Below, piece after piece: positions 1-11,200 of a stretch of 64,000 nucleotides of DNA. Position 1 is the first letter of the stretch. Each line of letters begins with the position of its first letter. The position numbers were made by a program, and so were the translations under genes. Under the pieces are notes generated by a model. The model was not told the DNA's origin and did not search any database. It was given only the letters and a program-made list of their open reading frames with translations. This stretch comes from Prasinococcaceae sp. CCMP 1430 (lineage: Eukaryota > Plantae > Prasinodermophyta): contig RQSC01001231.1 of NCBI GenBank assembly GCA_013416795.1, forward strand, positions 2,514 through 66,513. Direction: 5' to 3'.

Positions 1-465
1 CGCGGGTCGCGCAGCAGCGCGCGCGCAATTGCCAGGCGCTGCTTCTGCCCGCCGCTGAGCTGGGTGCCGCGCTCGCCGCAGAACGTGTCGTAGCCGTTGT
101 CCATGGCCTCGACGAATGTGTGCGCGTTGGCGGCACGCGCCGCCGCTTCCACCTCTTCGTCACTCGCATCCGGGCGGCCGAAGCGGATGTTCTCGCGCAC
201 GCTGCCACTGAAGAGAATGGGCTCCTGCGACACCAAGCCCATCTGCTGGCGGAGCCACCGCACCTGGAGCTGCCGCAGGTCCACGCCATCGAGCATGACC
301 ACGCCGCTGGTGGGATCGTAGAACCTCTCGATGAGCTGGATCACCGTGCTCTTGCCGCTGCCAGACTCGCCGACCAGCGCCACCGTCTGACCGGGAGGGA
401 CCTCCAGCGAGATCCCGCGGAGCACCTCGTAGTCGGGGCGCGCGGGGTACGCGAAGCGCACGTCT
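1..465. repeat. Copy 2 of the NBD-coding segment (same sequence as 2140-2604)
   Basis: Sequence and shadow-ORF translations match at an offset of 2139. Confidence 0.92.
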
Positions 466-3400
466 CGTAGCTGTAGCGAACCTCGCATGTCATCTCTGTC
501 CGTGATGGCGAGCCCGAACGAGGACTCGGGGTCGATCTTCGAGCGGCGATTGAGAAGCTCGAAGATGTTCTTGACCGCCGCGTCCGTCTTGGCCCAGTCG
601 GGCAATAGCGCTTGGGACTGAGCGATCGTGGTCGCGGATATCACCAGCGCGAAGAACACCTCAAGGACTTGCTGGAAGGTCAGCTTGCCCTCGTCGACGA
701 GCACCCCGCCGTACCAGAACGCCAACGCGTACGCGCCAAAGATGATGGCGTAGCACAGGCCGTACCCGCCACCGGCGATCTGCGCGTTGCGATATGCCGC
801 GCGCCTGGGACCGGACAGGGCGCTGCGGTAGGCGATTGCTATGCTCTCCTCCGCGGTCGACGAAGCCACCGTGCGCACGTTGAGGATGGCCTCGGAAGCC
901 ACGAGGCCGGGCCTCCCCGCGCTTGTGGCCATGCCATGGGCGGCCTCGCGTTCGCCGGCCTCCTCGGCCGCGAAGTCATCGAGGGTCTTTCCCGCGCCCT
1001 TGTTGTCCATGAGGTTCTTGCCCATCGTCTGCATCTCGAGGTAGCCTGCGAAGCCGAGCAGCGGAAACAAGGCCATGACCACGAGCGCCAGCTGCCATCC
1101 AGCGGTGAGCGCCAGCACCATTCCAACCACGAGTGTGACCAGCCCCTGGATGAGAATGCCGACTCGCTGGCCGGCGAGCACCTGCACGGCCTTGGCGTCC
1201 GCCTCGAGCTGCGAGGCCATCTCAGCGGTTTGGTGCGTGTCGAACCAGCTCACCTCCTGTCGCAGCATGTGTGCAAAGACCTCCTTGCGCACGCGCATGG
1301 TGAGGCGACCACCGCCGATGCCAGTGGCTCCGTTGGCCATGGACGCGGCTATGAACAGACCGCCGCCGAGGCCGATGAGGATACCGCCCCACTTTGCGGC
1401 CTCGCTCACCATCTGTGACGAGTCGGGCAAATAGTATACGTTGATGGCCTCGGACAGGAGCAGACCAAAGACGGGGAAGGCAGCGCCTATGCATCCAGCC
1501 GCGACGAAGCCCACCAGGCCGTACTTCCACTCGGGCAACACGAAGCGCACGAGCGAGTACCGAGGCCCTGCGTCGTCAGCTGCTGCTGCGGAGGCGGCGT
1601 CGTTGTCCGTTGAGGTCGGACGCAGCTCGCTGCTGGCACCGCCGTTCCCCACTGGTGTCGATACAGGAGCGTCGGCAGCTTGGGGCGACACTCCGTTCCC
1701 GCTCGACGCCCTGCCTCTGGTGACGTCTTCTTGGTCGGGATCCGTCGCCAACGATGGCACAACAGCAATCGACTTCAGCGATGCGTCCACGCTTGCATCA
1801 TGATCACCCTTTTTGGCATTTGGCGCGTCGACGTCGTACTTTGATCCAGCTTTGGAGGGTTCTGAGAAGGTCCTCTCGCTGTCCGAGAACATGACCTGTT
1901 GCAGCTGCACGAGCGAGGCATAGGCGCTGCCGCTCGTCGACACGAGCGAGGAGTGTGACCCCTTTTCAATCACCTGCCCGCGTGCAAGCACGAAGATGTT
2001 GTCGGCGTTTCGCACGGTGGAGAGGCGGTGCGCGACCAGCAGCGTGGTGCGGTTGACCATGAGCGTCTCGAGAGCGCGCTGCACGAGATTCTCGCTCTCG
2101 GCATCGAGCGCCGAGGTGGCTTCGTCGAGAAGCAGTATGCGCGGGTCGCGCAGCAGCGCGCGCGCAATTGCCAGGCGCTGCTTCTGCCCGCCGCTGAGCT
2201 GGGTGCCGCGCTCGCCGCAGAACGTGTCGTAGCCGTTGTCCATGGCCTCGACGAATGTGTGCGCGTTGGCGGCACGCGCCGCCGCTTCCACCTCTTCGTC
2301 ACTCGCATCCGGGCGGCCGAAGCGGATGTTCTCGCGCACGCTGCCACTGAAGAGAATGGGCTCCTGCGACACCAAGCCCATCTGCTGGCGGAGCCACCGC
2401 ACCTGGAGCTGCCGCAGGTCCACGCCATCGAGCATGACCACGCCGCTGGTGGGATCGTAGAACCTCTCGATGAGCTGGATCACCGTGCTCTTGCCGCTGC
2501 CAGACTCGCCGACCAGCGCCACCGTCTGACCGGGAGGGACCTCCAGCGAGATCCCGCGGAGCACCTCGTAGTCGGGGCGCGCGGGGTACGCGAAGCGCAC
2601 GTCTGTGAGTTTGAGCTCTGCGGCTACTTCCTGCGGCGTTTCGCCGGGGCCATACACGTCAATGTCCGGCGTGCGATCGATGAGCGCATACAGCCTTCGT
2701 GCGGCCGGTATGCCACCCAGCATGCTCGAGGCGATAGGCGCCAGCTGGCCGAGAATGATGCCGCCGATCATGACGGCGAAGAAAGCCGTCACAACCTCGC
2801 CGCCGCTCATGTGGCCGTCCCTCACGAATACAGCCGCAATCCACAGCACGGAGCCGTACGTTGCGAACATGAGGAAGAAGAAACCTCCCCAGATGGCACC
2901 CCGCGTGATGCCTTCGGTCCGGTCGCTGCGCACTGCTGGCGCAAGGGCGTCGTTGTACGAGGCGTTGAGGAATTCGTGCGCGGTCGCGCTGAGCACCTCG
3001 CGGATGGAGCACAGCGCGTTATTTGCGATGCTGGCCGCGGATGCGTACGCCTCGCTTGACTTCTTCGCCGCTCCCATCAGCACGGTTCCGAGCACCGCCA
3101 ACACGAGGATGAAGAGTGGAATGAAGGCTAGCACAACTAGCGCCACGCGCCAGCCCCTGATGAATCCGATAATGAGCCCGGCGATGAACGTTGTCACGTA
3201 CTGAATTGCCAGGCCCACGTTTTGTCCGACCGCCTCTGTCATGGACGCCACGTCGGGGCCTAGCGCGGCAAACGTGTCGCCGGGTGGCGATACGACGTCG
3301 TAGTAGCGAGCGTCCTGGCGCAGCGCCGCTTTGAGGTACTCCTGCGTGCGCGAGCAGATTGAGGTGAGCATGCGGAGGCGTGGGCGGCATTGAGGCGCGC

Positions 3401-3921
3401 TCGAGCATGCGCGAGCGCACCTCGCGAACGTGGCCCATCAGGCGCTCGCCAGCCAGCGTCCAGAACGCAATCTGCGCCCACCCCGCGACAAGCGTCCCAC
3501 CAGCGAGGATACCCAGCCACTTGACCTTGTCGTCCACGGCGCTGCGCACATCCAAGGTGTCGTTCAGGCTGTCGAGGAGATCGCCGAAGATGAGCGAAAA
3601 GAGTGGGAGGCCCATGCCGTTCGCGAGTGCGCCCACGGTGCCGATTGCCATCAGGAGCGCGTCCGCCCTGTCGGTGTAGCGAAACATCGACGCAAACGAG
3701 AACAAATCGAAGGTCTGCGCGAGCCCACCGGTTGGCGCGCCGCCGTCGCTCGCCTTATCGGCGTCGCCCTTTGCCTCACCTCCCTCGCTTGTCGTCACTT
3801 CACATCCGTTGCCCTTGACGGCAAGCGCGCGCTCCGCCGCGCCATTGCCGATGGCGGTGCCGTCACTGCTGCCGTCGCCAGCAGCGGTCTTTTCCACCGG
3901 GCTTGCCTCCTCCTCAGACAT
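1..3921 (-). CDS. Full-size ABCB (MDR/P-glycoprotein) transporter; 3' end lies outside the window. Intron at about 3342-3420.
   Basis: N-terminal TMD (DALLMAIGTVGALANGMGLPLFSLIFGDLL). A GTGCG...GCAG intron restores the frame (EYLKAALRQDARYYD). NBD motifs GESGSGKST, LSGGQKQR and ILLLDEATSALD are readable on the minus strand, in a TMD-NBD-TMD-NBD layout. Confidence 0.93.
2140..2604. repeat. Copy 1 of the NBD-coding segment (same sequence as 1-465)
   Basis: Direct sequence comparison. Confidence 0.92.
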
Positions 3922-4493
3922 CGCGGCCGCGCGCCACGCCTTTGGGTTTGGCGCGGCGCGACGCAGCGCCAAAGCAGCCCGCCGAGCGGGCGGGCTCCAG
4001 CGGATTCACCGGCGGCTCGCGGGCGCCACCCCGCGCACACCCCGCCGACGCGGCGGTGTGAGGCGCCGGCTTTCGCGCGCGCGCGCGTGTGCCTCGCGCG
4101 CGCGCGTGTGCCTCGCGCGCGCGCGGAAGCTTCCCAGTTTTGGATCCGAACAGCCCCAAATTGTCCGGCGGCACCGCGAAGGGTCACGCCCCGTTTCCAC
4201 CCGAGTCACCGCGCGCTCCATCCGCAATCCCAACCTATTCGATCGATCGAAGCCGCACCGAAGAATGCCTTCTCGGTGGCAGGCGATCGAATTTGGACCA
4301 CGAGAAATTCCACTTCGGAACGCGAAAGGGGAGAAGCGTTACGTTAAGAGCGGGCTGGTTCAAAATGCGGCGGCCGCGGTGGCGGGGGCGCGAGATTCGC
4401 ACCGCCACGTGGCAGCGCAGCGCGCGCGCACATCGACCTGCGAGGCGCGCGCGCGCGAAGCTCTGCGCACTCGTGCGGCGTGCGCACACACAT

Positions 4494-4640
<147 letters not shown>

Positions 4641-5039
4641 CGCTGGGCTGGCATGCATCCACTGTGTACACGCGCACACGCGCATCGAAAACGGCGCGTG
4701 AAAAACCACACTGTACTGTACATCAGGCAACGTGCGAATGCAGAATCACATCACTTTGAATGTGATTGGTCCACCAATGAAATTGTTGGGCGATGAAATT
4801 GCTGCGAGGTGTCGCGCGTGGTCGTGAGCTGCGCCAGACCGGACCGGCGGGCGGCGGGCGCGGTTGCCGCCGGCGCGTCCGGCCGGCCGGTCTTTCGCGT
4901 GGGGGCAGGGGGGGGGGGGAAGAGATCTGTGTGCGCCCGAGCGAGGGGGGCTCCCTGCTTGTCGCGCCATCCTCCCTCGCTCGCTCTTGCCCTGCCCGCA
5001 GCCCGCCCCCCCGGTGCGCGGCGTGTGGCGGCGGTCGGG

Positions 5040-7902
5040 ATGCGCCCCAGCTCGAGCCGGCAGGAGCTCCTGGGGTCGGTACCGCCGCCGACCGCGGAGG
5101 AGGAGGATGATTCCGAAGGCCGCAACGACGAGGCCGGGGTACCAACGCCCCGCTCTGAGGGCGGCACCCCGGGGCTGGCGCCCCCGGCGGCCGTCGTGGA
5201 GATGAGCGCGCTCTATGTGGTGGACGGGGAGGTCGCGCCCACACGAACGCCAGGGTTTGTGGGATCGGGTGAGGTCAGAGAAGAGGGTGGCGCTGGTGTC
5301 GCCGACGAGAGCCGCGCTTCCAGCAACCCTGCCATCGGCGGCGACGGCGGCAGCCAAGACGGTGCGGTTGCAGGCGGTCGAGCAGGCGGCGCCTGGGGGG
5401 TGTGCTATGGCTGCGGGATACTGGCGCGTGCAACTTGCGGGCGTCTCGGTGAGGGCGTGGCGGCCGACGCCGCGCGACGGTGGGCATGGTACCGCCAAGA
5501 CTGGGCGGACGGCGCGGGCACCCCCGGGCGACTCTACAGGCTCCTGGCTCCCTCCACGTACATTTTCCTCGCCTCCTTTATGCCAGCAATTGCATTCGGA
5601 GAGCAGCTGAACGAAAACACCCGCGGCGCGTTCTCAGTGCCCCACGTGCTCATTGCCGACGCCATCGGCGGCGTTGCTCAGTCCGTGATTGGCGGGCAGC
5701 CGCTCCTCATCGTCGGCGTGGCGCAGCCGATGGTCCTGATTTATTCGTTCGTCTTCGACTACCTGGACAGCGCGGGTGACGCGGACGTCTTCCGGCCAAC
5801 GATGTCGTACGTGTTGCTGTTTGCGGCGGCGCTCCACGCCCTGGTGGCTCTGCTCAACGCGTGCGGCCTCGTTGCGTACTTCACGAGGTTCAGTGGCGAG
5901 ACATTCGGCGCCTTGATAGCTGTGCTCTTCGTGCAGGACAGCATCAAGGGCCTGGTCCGAGAGTTTCAGGGGGATGGCGTCGTGTTTGACCCGGCTGCGG
6001 GGGTGGACGCAGAGCGACAGAGCGCGTGGCGGCTAATCAATGGCCTGTGGAGCCTGTTCCTGGCGGGGACACAGGTGCTCGTCTCTATTGCCGCACTGGG
6101 TGCAACGTCGTGGCGCACGCTGCGCGGGCCTGCGCGCCGTGCGCTGGCGGCGTACGGGCCTCCGCTCGCGGTGGTGTGTGTCACGGGGCTCAGCTACGCG
6201 GTGGGCGGGGCGCCTGGGGGGGCGCAGGTTCCGACCCGTGTCGATGCCGAACAGGTGTACGCAGATGGCGTGAGGGAGTCGTGGTCGACCATCACGCGGC
6301 TCGGCGAAGTCGAAGGAAAGGTGCGTGGGCGCGCGTCCTCATTGGGCGGTGCGCGCTGCTGCGAAGCGTGCGCGTTGCTGTTGGCCAGCACATCGTATTG
6401 ACCGCGCTGCGTGAGCACGCTATCTCATGATCAAAAAGTACGTTGGTTTTGCGTTCGGAGTGGCCGTGCTTGTCACTGTGCTGGACTTCTTCGACCACAA
6501 CGTGAGCGCAGCACTCGCACAACAGCCTGAGTTTGGACTACGCAAAGGGACCGCTTATCACTACGACTTTTTGCTGCAGGCGTTCATGTTCGTCGTTTTC
6601 GCTTGCGTGGGACTCCCGCCGACCAACTGCGTGGTCCCGCAGGCGCCGCTGCACACGCGCGCATTGGCCGTCACTCGCCGCAAGCGGGGCAAGGACAAGG
6701 GCAAGCGAAAGCAGGAAACGCGAAGCGGCGGCGACCGCAACACTTTAGCCGATGCCGCGGGCAGGTCGGGGACGCGGGAACCAAACCGTGGCTTACAGTC
6801 CAGTCTGTTCGGGTCGACCACGAAACTCGTGACCACGTCCGAGACTGCAAATGCGTCGACAGAAATGCCGATGGAGGAGATCGTTTGCGTCGACTCGCCA
6901 GCATCGAGCACACAGGCCCATCGCGCCGTGGACCGAACTGCGATCGAAAATGCCGCGAGCCTCTCAGAAGCCACCAGCGGGAGCTCGTTCGGTGCCGAGC
7001 AACAGCCAAAAGCCTGCGTGGATCACCCGTCGCCGAGGCGAGGCGAATTATCGTTCGCAAATGGCACTCGACCCCACCAGAATGGCTCAGCACTGCCGCC
7101 GTCCCTCGCCGAGGCAAAGGGCGTCGAGGTTCGTGTCTATGAGCAGCGAGTATCGAATCTGGCGCAGAGCCTGGCCATGGGTGCATGCGCATTTCTTTCG
7201 CCCGCGTTGCGCCTCATTCCTCGTGCGAGCGTGTGGGCGTACTTCTTTCTCATGGGCGTGGAGAGCCTCCCAGGCAACCAGTTTTTCAACCGAGTGGTTC
7301 TGCTCATCACCGACCCAAAGGTACGAGGCGCCCCTTCACCACCACCACCCCATCCCCCCCAACGTGCGGATCACGCATGCCTTTCGACGCTGACAGACGA
7401 CACGCGTGGACCTCTCGCGCGGACTGGTGCGTAGCTGCGACGTGGCACCGGCGCCCCTGGGGAACGCGTGCTCGCATTCGTTGATACGGTTCGCTGGCGA
7501 ACGATCGTGCTCTACACGCTCGTGCAGGCGCTGTGTCTTGGCGCGGCATACGGCATAACTTGGGCCGGCGTCGCAGGCTTGCTCTTCCCTCTCCTGATTA
7601 TGGCGCTCGTTCCCTTTCGACATTATGTGCTTCCGCGCATATTTTTAGTACAGGAGGTGGATGATCTGGACAGGAGCGAAGCGCTTGAGGAAGAGGTAGA
7701 AGAAGTTCCACGCGAGCTTGTTGCTGCGCGCGCTGCCGAGTCCGAGCACCCGGCTGTCGACACGCTGCTCGGCGACGAGCGCGGCCTGGCCGGCCACGGT
7801 GCTGGCTTCCTGCAGGTGCCACACGTCGTGCGGGAGAGCGAGTTGCGGCGCAGGCACGGGCGCGCTGCCCATATTCTCGTCCCACCCGACGGTGCACAGT
7901 GA
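5040..7902 (+). CDS. SLC4/BOR1-family borate/anion transporter, three exons (about 5040-6320, 6430-7320, 7435-7902)
   Basis: BOR-like motifs YIFLASFMPAIAFGEQL, GGQPLLIVGVA, FTRFSGETFG, FFDHNVSAALAQQPEFGL, YHYDFLL, PPTNCVVPQAPLHT and QFFNRV. GT donors at 6321 and 7321. The start codon is uncertain. Confidence 0.88.
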
Positions 7903-8242
7903 GCACGTATGCGGCCTCATAATCTCGAGAAGCCAGCAGAGAGTGTAGTGTAGTGGGGTGTCTTCCGCACGCGCGCGCTGGCGAACGGGTGGGACGGATC
8001 GCCCGGCAGCGGCAACGCGCGTCCTTACAAAATGCTCGACGTAATACACACTCTAAGGGCCTTGCACGCTCATCTTTCAGAGACGAAGGTCGTAGTAGAG
8101 AAGCGCCCTCTCTCCTCGCTCGCTACATCGCTCACTCACTCAGAGAAGGCCGCTATCCTGTGTTCCACGCCATGTCTCTCGGGTCCCGACCGCGTCCTCA
8201 CTCGCGCTCGAGGGATGCCCTGGGCTCACATCGAATTCAACC

Positions 8243-11200
8243 TCAGTCGGCGTCATCAAATACGGGCTCGGCCACGGGCTCGATCTCCGGCTCTACGGCC
8301 TCGAGGTTGGACTCCTCTGAGTCTGGATCGGCCTGAGGCGGGGGCGATTCCTCGACAGGCTCTTCTTCGGGCTCCTCCTCCGGTTCGGCTTCGGGCTGCG
8401 CCTCGGGAGGGGGCGATGCTTCGACAGGCTCTTCTTCGGGCTCCTCCTCCGGTTCGGCTTCGGGCTGCGCCTCGGGAGGGGGCGATGCTTCGACAGGTTC
8501 TTCTTCGGGCTCTTCTTCAGGCTCTTGCTCTGGCGGGGTGCCGTCAGGCACACCCAAAATGTCTGGAGAAGGGCATTCCCCGCAGCAGAAGCAGTCGTTC
8601 TTGCCTTCGCACGTGTCCAGCTTGCACTGGCCCTCGTGCCACACGCAGCCGCTAGTAATGGTGCAAACAAAACATGACGAGGCCACCTCACAACTGAAAA
8701 TCGGGGGGCAGGTGCCCTCGCCAGAGTAGCACTCATCCTTGCCGTCGCAGGTATCCTGCTGGCACTGGCCGTTCCACCACACGCAGCCGTCCAACGGCGC
8801 ACAAGCGTTGGTGCTGAACATCAGCGGTGTGACGGGCGCCGGGCAGATGTCGTCGCCAGAGTAGCAGTCCTGCTCCTTGCCTTCGCAGGTGTCTTCCCAG
8901 CACTGGCCGTCGTACCACACGCAGCCGTCCCACGGCGTACAAGCGTCACACGACTTGTAGTCGCCACAGACGGGAGCCGGGCAGATGTCCTCGCCGGAGT
9001 AGCAGTCATCCTTGCCGTCGCAGGTGTCCTGCTGGCACTGGCCGTTCCACCACACGCAGCCGTCCAACGGCGTACAAGCGTCACACGACTTGTAGTCGCC
9101 ACAGACGGGAGCCGGGCAGATGTCCTCGCCGGAGTAGCAGTCATCCTTGCCGTCGCAGGTATCCTGCTGGCACTGGCCGTTCCACCACACGCAGCCGTCC
9201 CACGGCGTACAAGCGTCACACGACTTGTAGTCGCCACAGACGGGCGCCGGGCAGATGTCGTCGCCAGAGTAGCAGTCCTGCTCCTTGCCTTCGCAGGTGT
9301 CTTCCCAGCATTGGCCGTCGTACCAAACGCAGCCGTCCCACGGTGTGCACTGGCCGCACGACTTGTAGTCGCCACAGACGGGCGCCGGGCAAGCAGCGTC
9401 ATAGCACGGGAAGTCGCTCTTGCCTTCGCAGGTGTCTTCCCAGCACTGGCCGTCGTACCACACGCAGCCGTCCCAGGAGATACAATCGCCGCACTTCGTG
9501 TAGTCGCCACAGACGGGCGCCGGGCAGATGTCATCGCCAGAGTAGCAGTCCTGCTCCTTGCCTTCGCAGGTGTCTTCCCAGCATTGGCCGTCGTACCACA
9601 CGCAGCCGTCCCACGGCGTACAAGCGTCGCACAACTTGTAGTCGCCACAACTGGGAGGAGGTGGTGGGCACGTTGAGAGGCTGTCATAGCACGTGTCCTC
9701 TGCGGCACACTGCACATCTGTGCACTCGATACCGTCCCACCAACAGCCAAGCCCGGAGCTCGTGCACGTGCTGCACAGATAGTAGTCGGCGCACGTCGGC
9801 GGCAAGCACTCCTGGGGAGCACCCCAGGGAACGCAACCACCCGACGAAGAGTCGCAGGGTTGGTCACTGCACCCTGACCCGTCCCACCAGCACCCGAGTG
9901 CAGAGCCGGTACACGGGCCACACTCCGCGTAGTCGTCGCACGTTTGTGGTGTGCAGGTTTCGGGCTCGCTGTGACACCACTCCTGCGCGGGGTCGCACCC
10001 GACGTTTGTGCACACGCCATCGTACCACCAGCATCCCAGTGATGATGCCGCGCACGTGTTGCACTCCTTGTAGTCGGAGCACTCTGGCGGGGGGCAAGAC
10101 CCGGAGGAATCGTAGCATTCGTCGGCGTCGCCGTCACAGGGCGAGTTTGTGCACGCTCCCTTCTCCCAGGAGCAGCAAGGTGGGGAAGAGCAGCCTGGAT
10201 ACGTGCCATCAGCGCATGTTGCACACGTCTTGAAATCCCAGCAGGCCGGCGGCGGGCAGGTGAAATCATCAGCAACGCAGCCAATCCCGGCGCACCCGGC
10301 TTGCTTGCAGTACCTCGCGTCGCCGTCCCAGAAGCAGGCCAGTTCCTGCGGCGCATCTGCGCACGCTGCGCAGTCGATGTATGCGCCACACGGGTTCACT
10401 TCGGCGGGGCAGATGTCGTCGCCAGAGTAGCAGTCATCCTTGCCGTCGCAGGTGTCCTGCTGGCACTGGCCGTTCCACCACACGCAGCCGTCCCACGGCG
10501 TACAAGCGTCACACGACTTGTAGTCGCCACAGACGGGAGCCGGGCAGATGTCCTCGCCGGAGTAGCAGTCATCCTTGCCGTCGCAGGTATCCTGCTGGCA
10601 CTGGCCGTTCCACCACACGCAGCCGTCCCACGGCGTACAAGCGTCACACGACTTGTAGTCGCCACAGACGGGAGCCGGGCAGATGTCCTCGCCGGAGTAG
10701 CAGTCATCCTTGCCGTCGCAGGTGTCCTGCTGGCACTGGCCGTTCCACCACACGCAGCCGTCCCACGGCGTACAAGCGTCACACGACTTGTAGTCGCCAC
10801 AGACGGGAGCCGGGCAAGCAGTGTCGTAGCACGGGAAGTCGCTCTTGCCTTCGCAGGTGTCTTCCCAGCACTGGCCGTCGTACCACACGCAGCCGTTCCA
10901 GGGAAGGCAATCGACGCACGTCGTGTAGTCGCTGCACTGGTTGGCGTCGGCAGTGCAGCTCTCTGGCGTTGCCTGGCAGCCAATCTGATCGGGGCTGCAC
11001 GGTCCCGAGGCGCAGGCCCCGTCGTACCACACGCAGTCATCAGTGGCGGCGCATGCCAGGCAGTCGGTGTAGTCCTTGCAAGGGGCCGGGCACGAAGCTG
11101 CGTTGAAATCAGTATAACACTCAGAGCCGTCGACAGGGCAACCTCGTTCGCACCTCGCGCCCTTCGCCCACCATCCGCAGCCCGGCGACGCCGAGCAGGC

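Noticed and set aside
8700-10900. Regularly spaced repeats resembling a CRISPR array
   Set aside because: They are in-frame coding repeats with no unique spacers, in a eukaryotic gene with no cas genes nearby.
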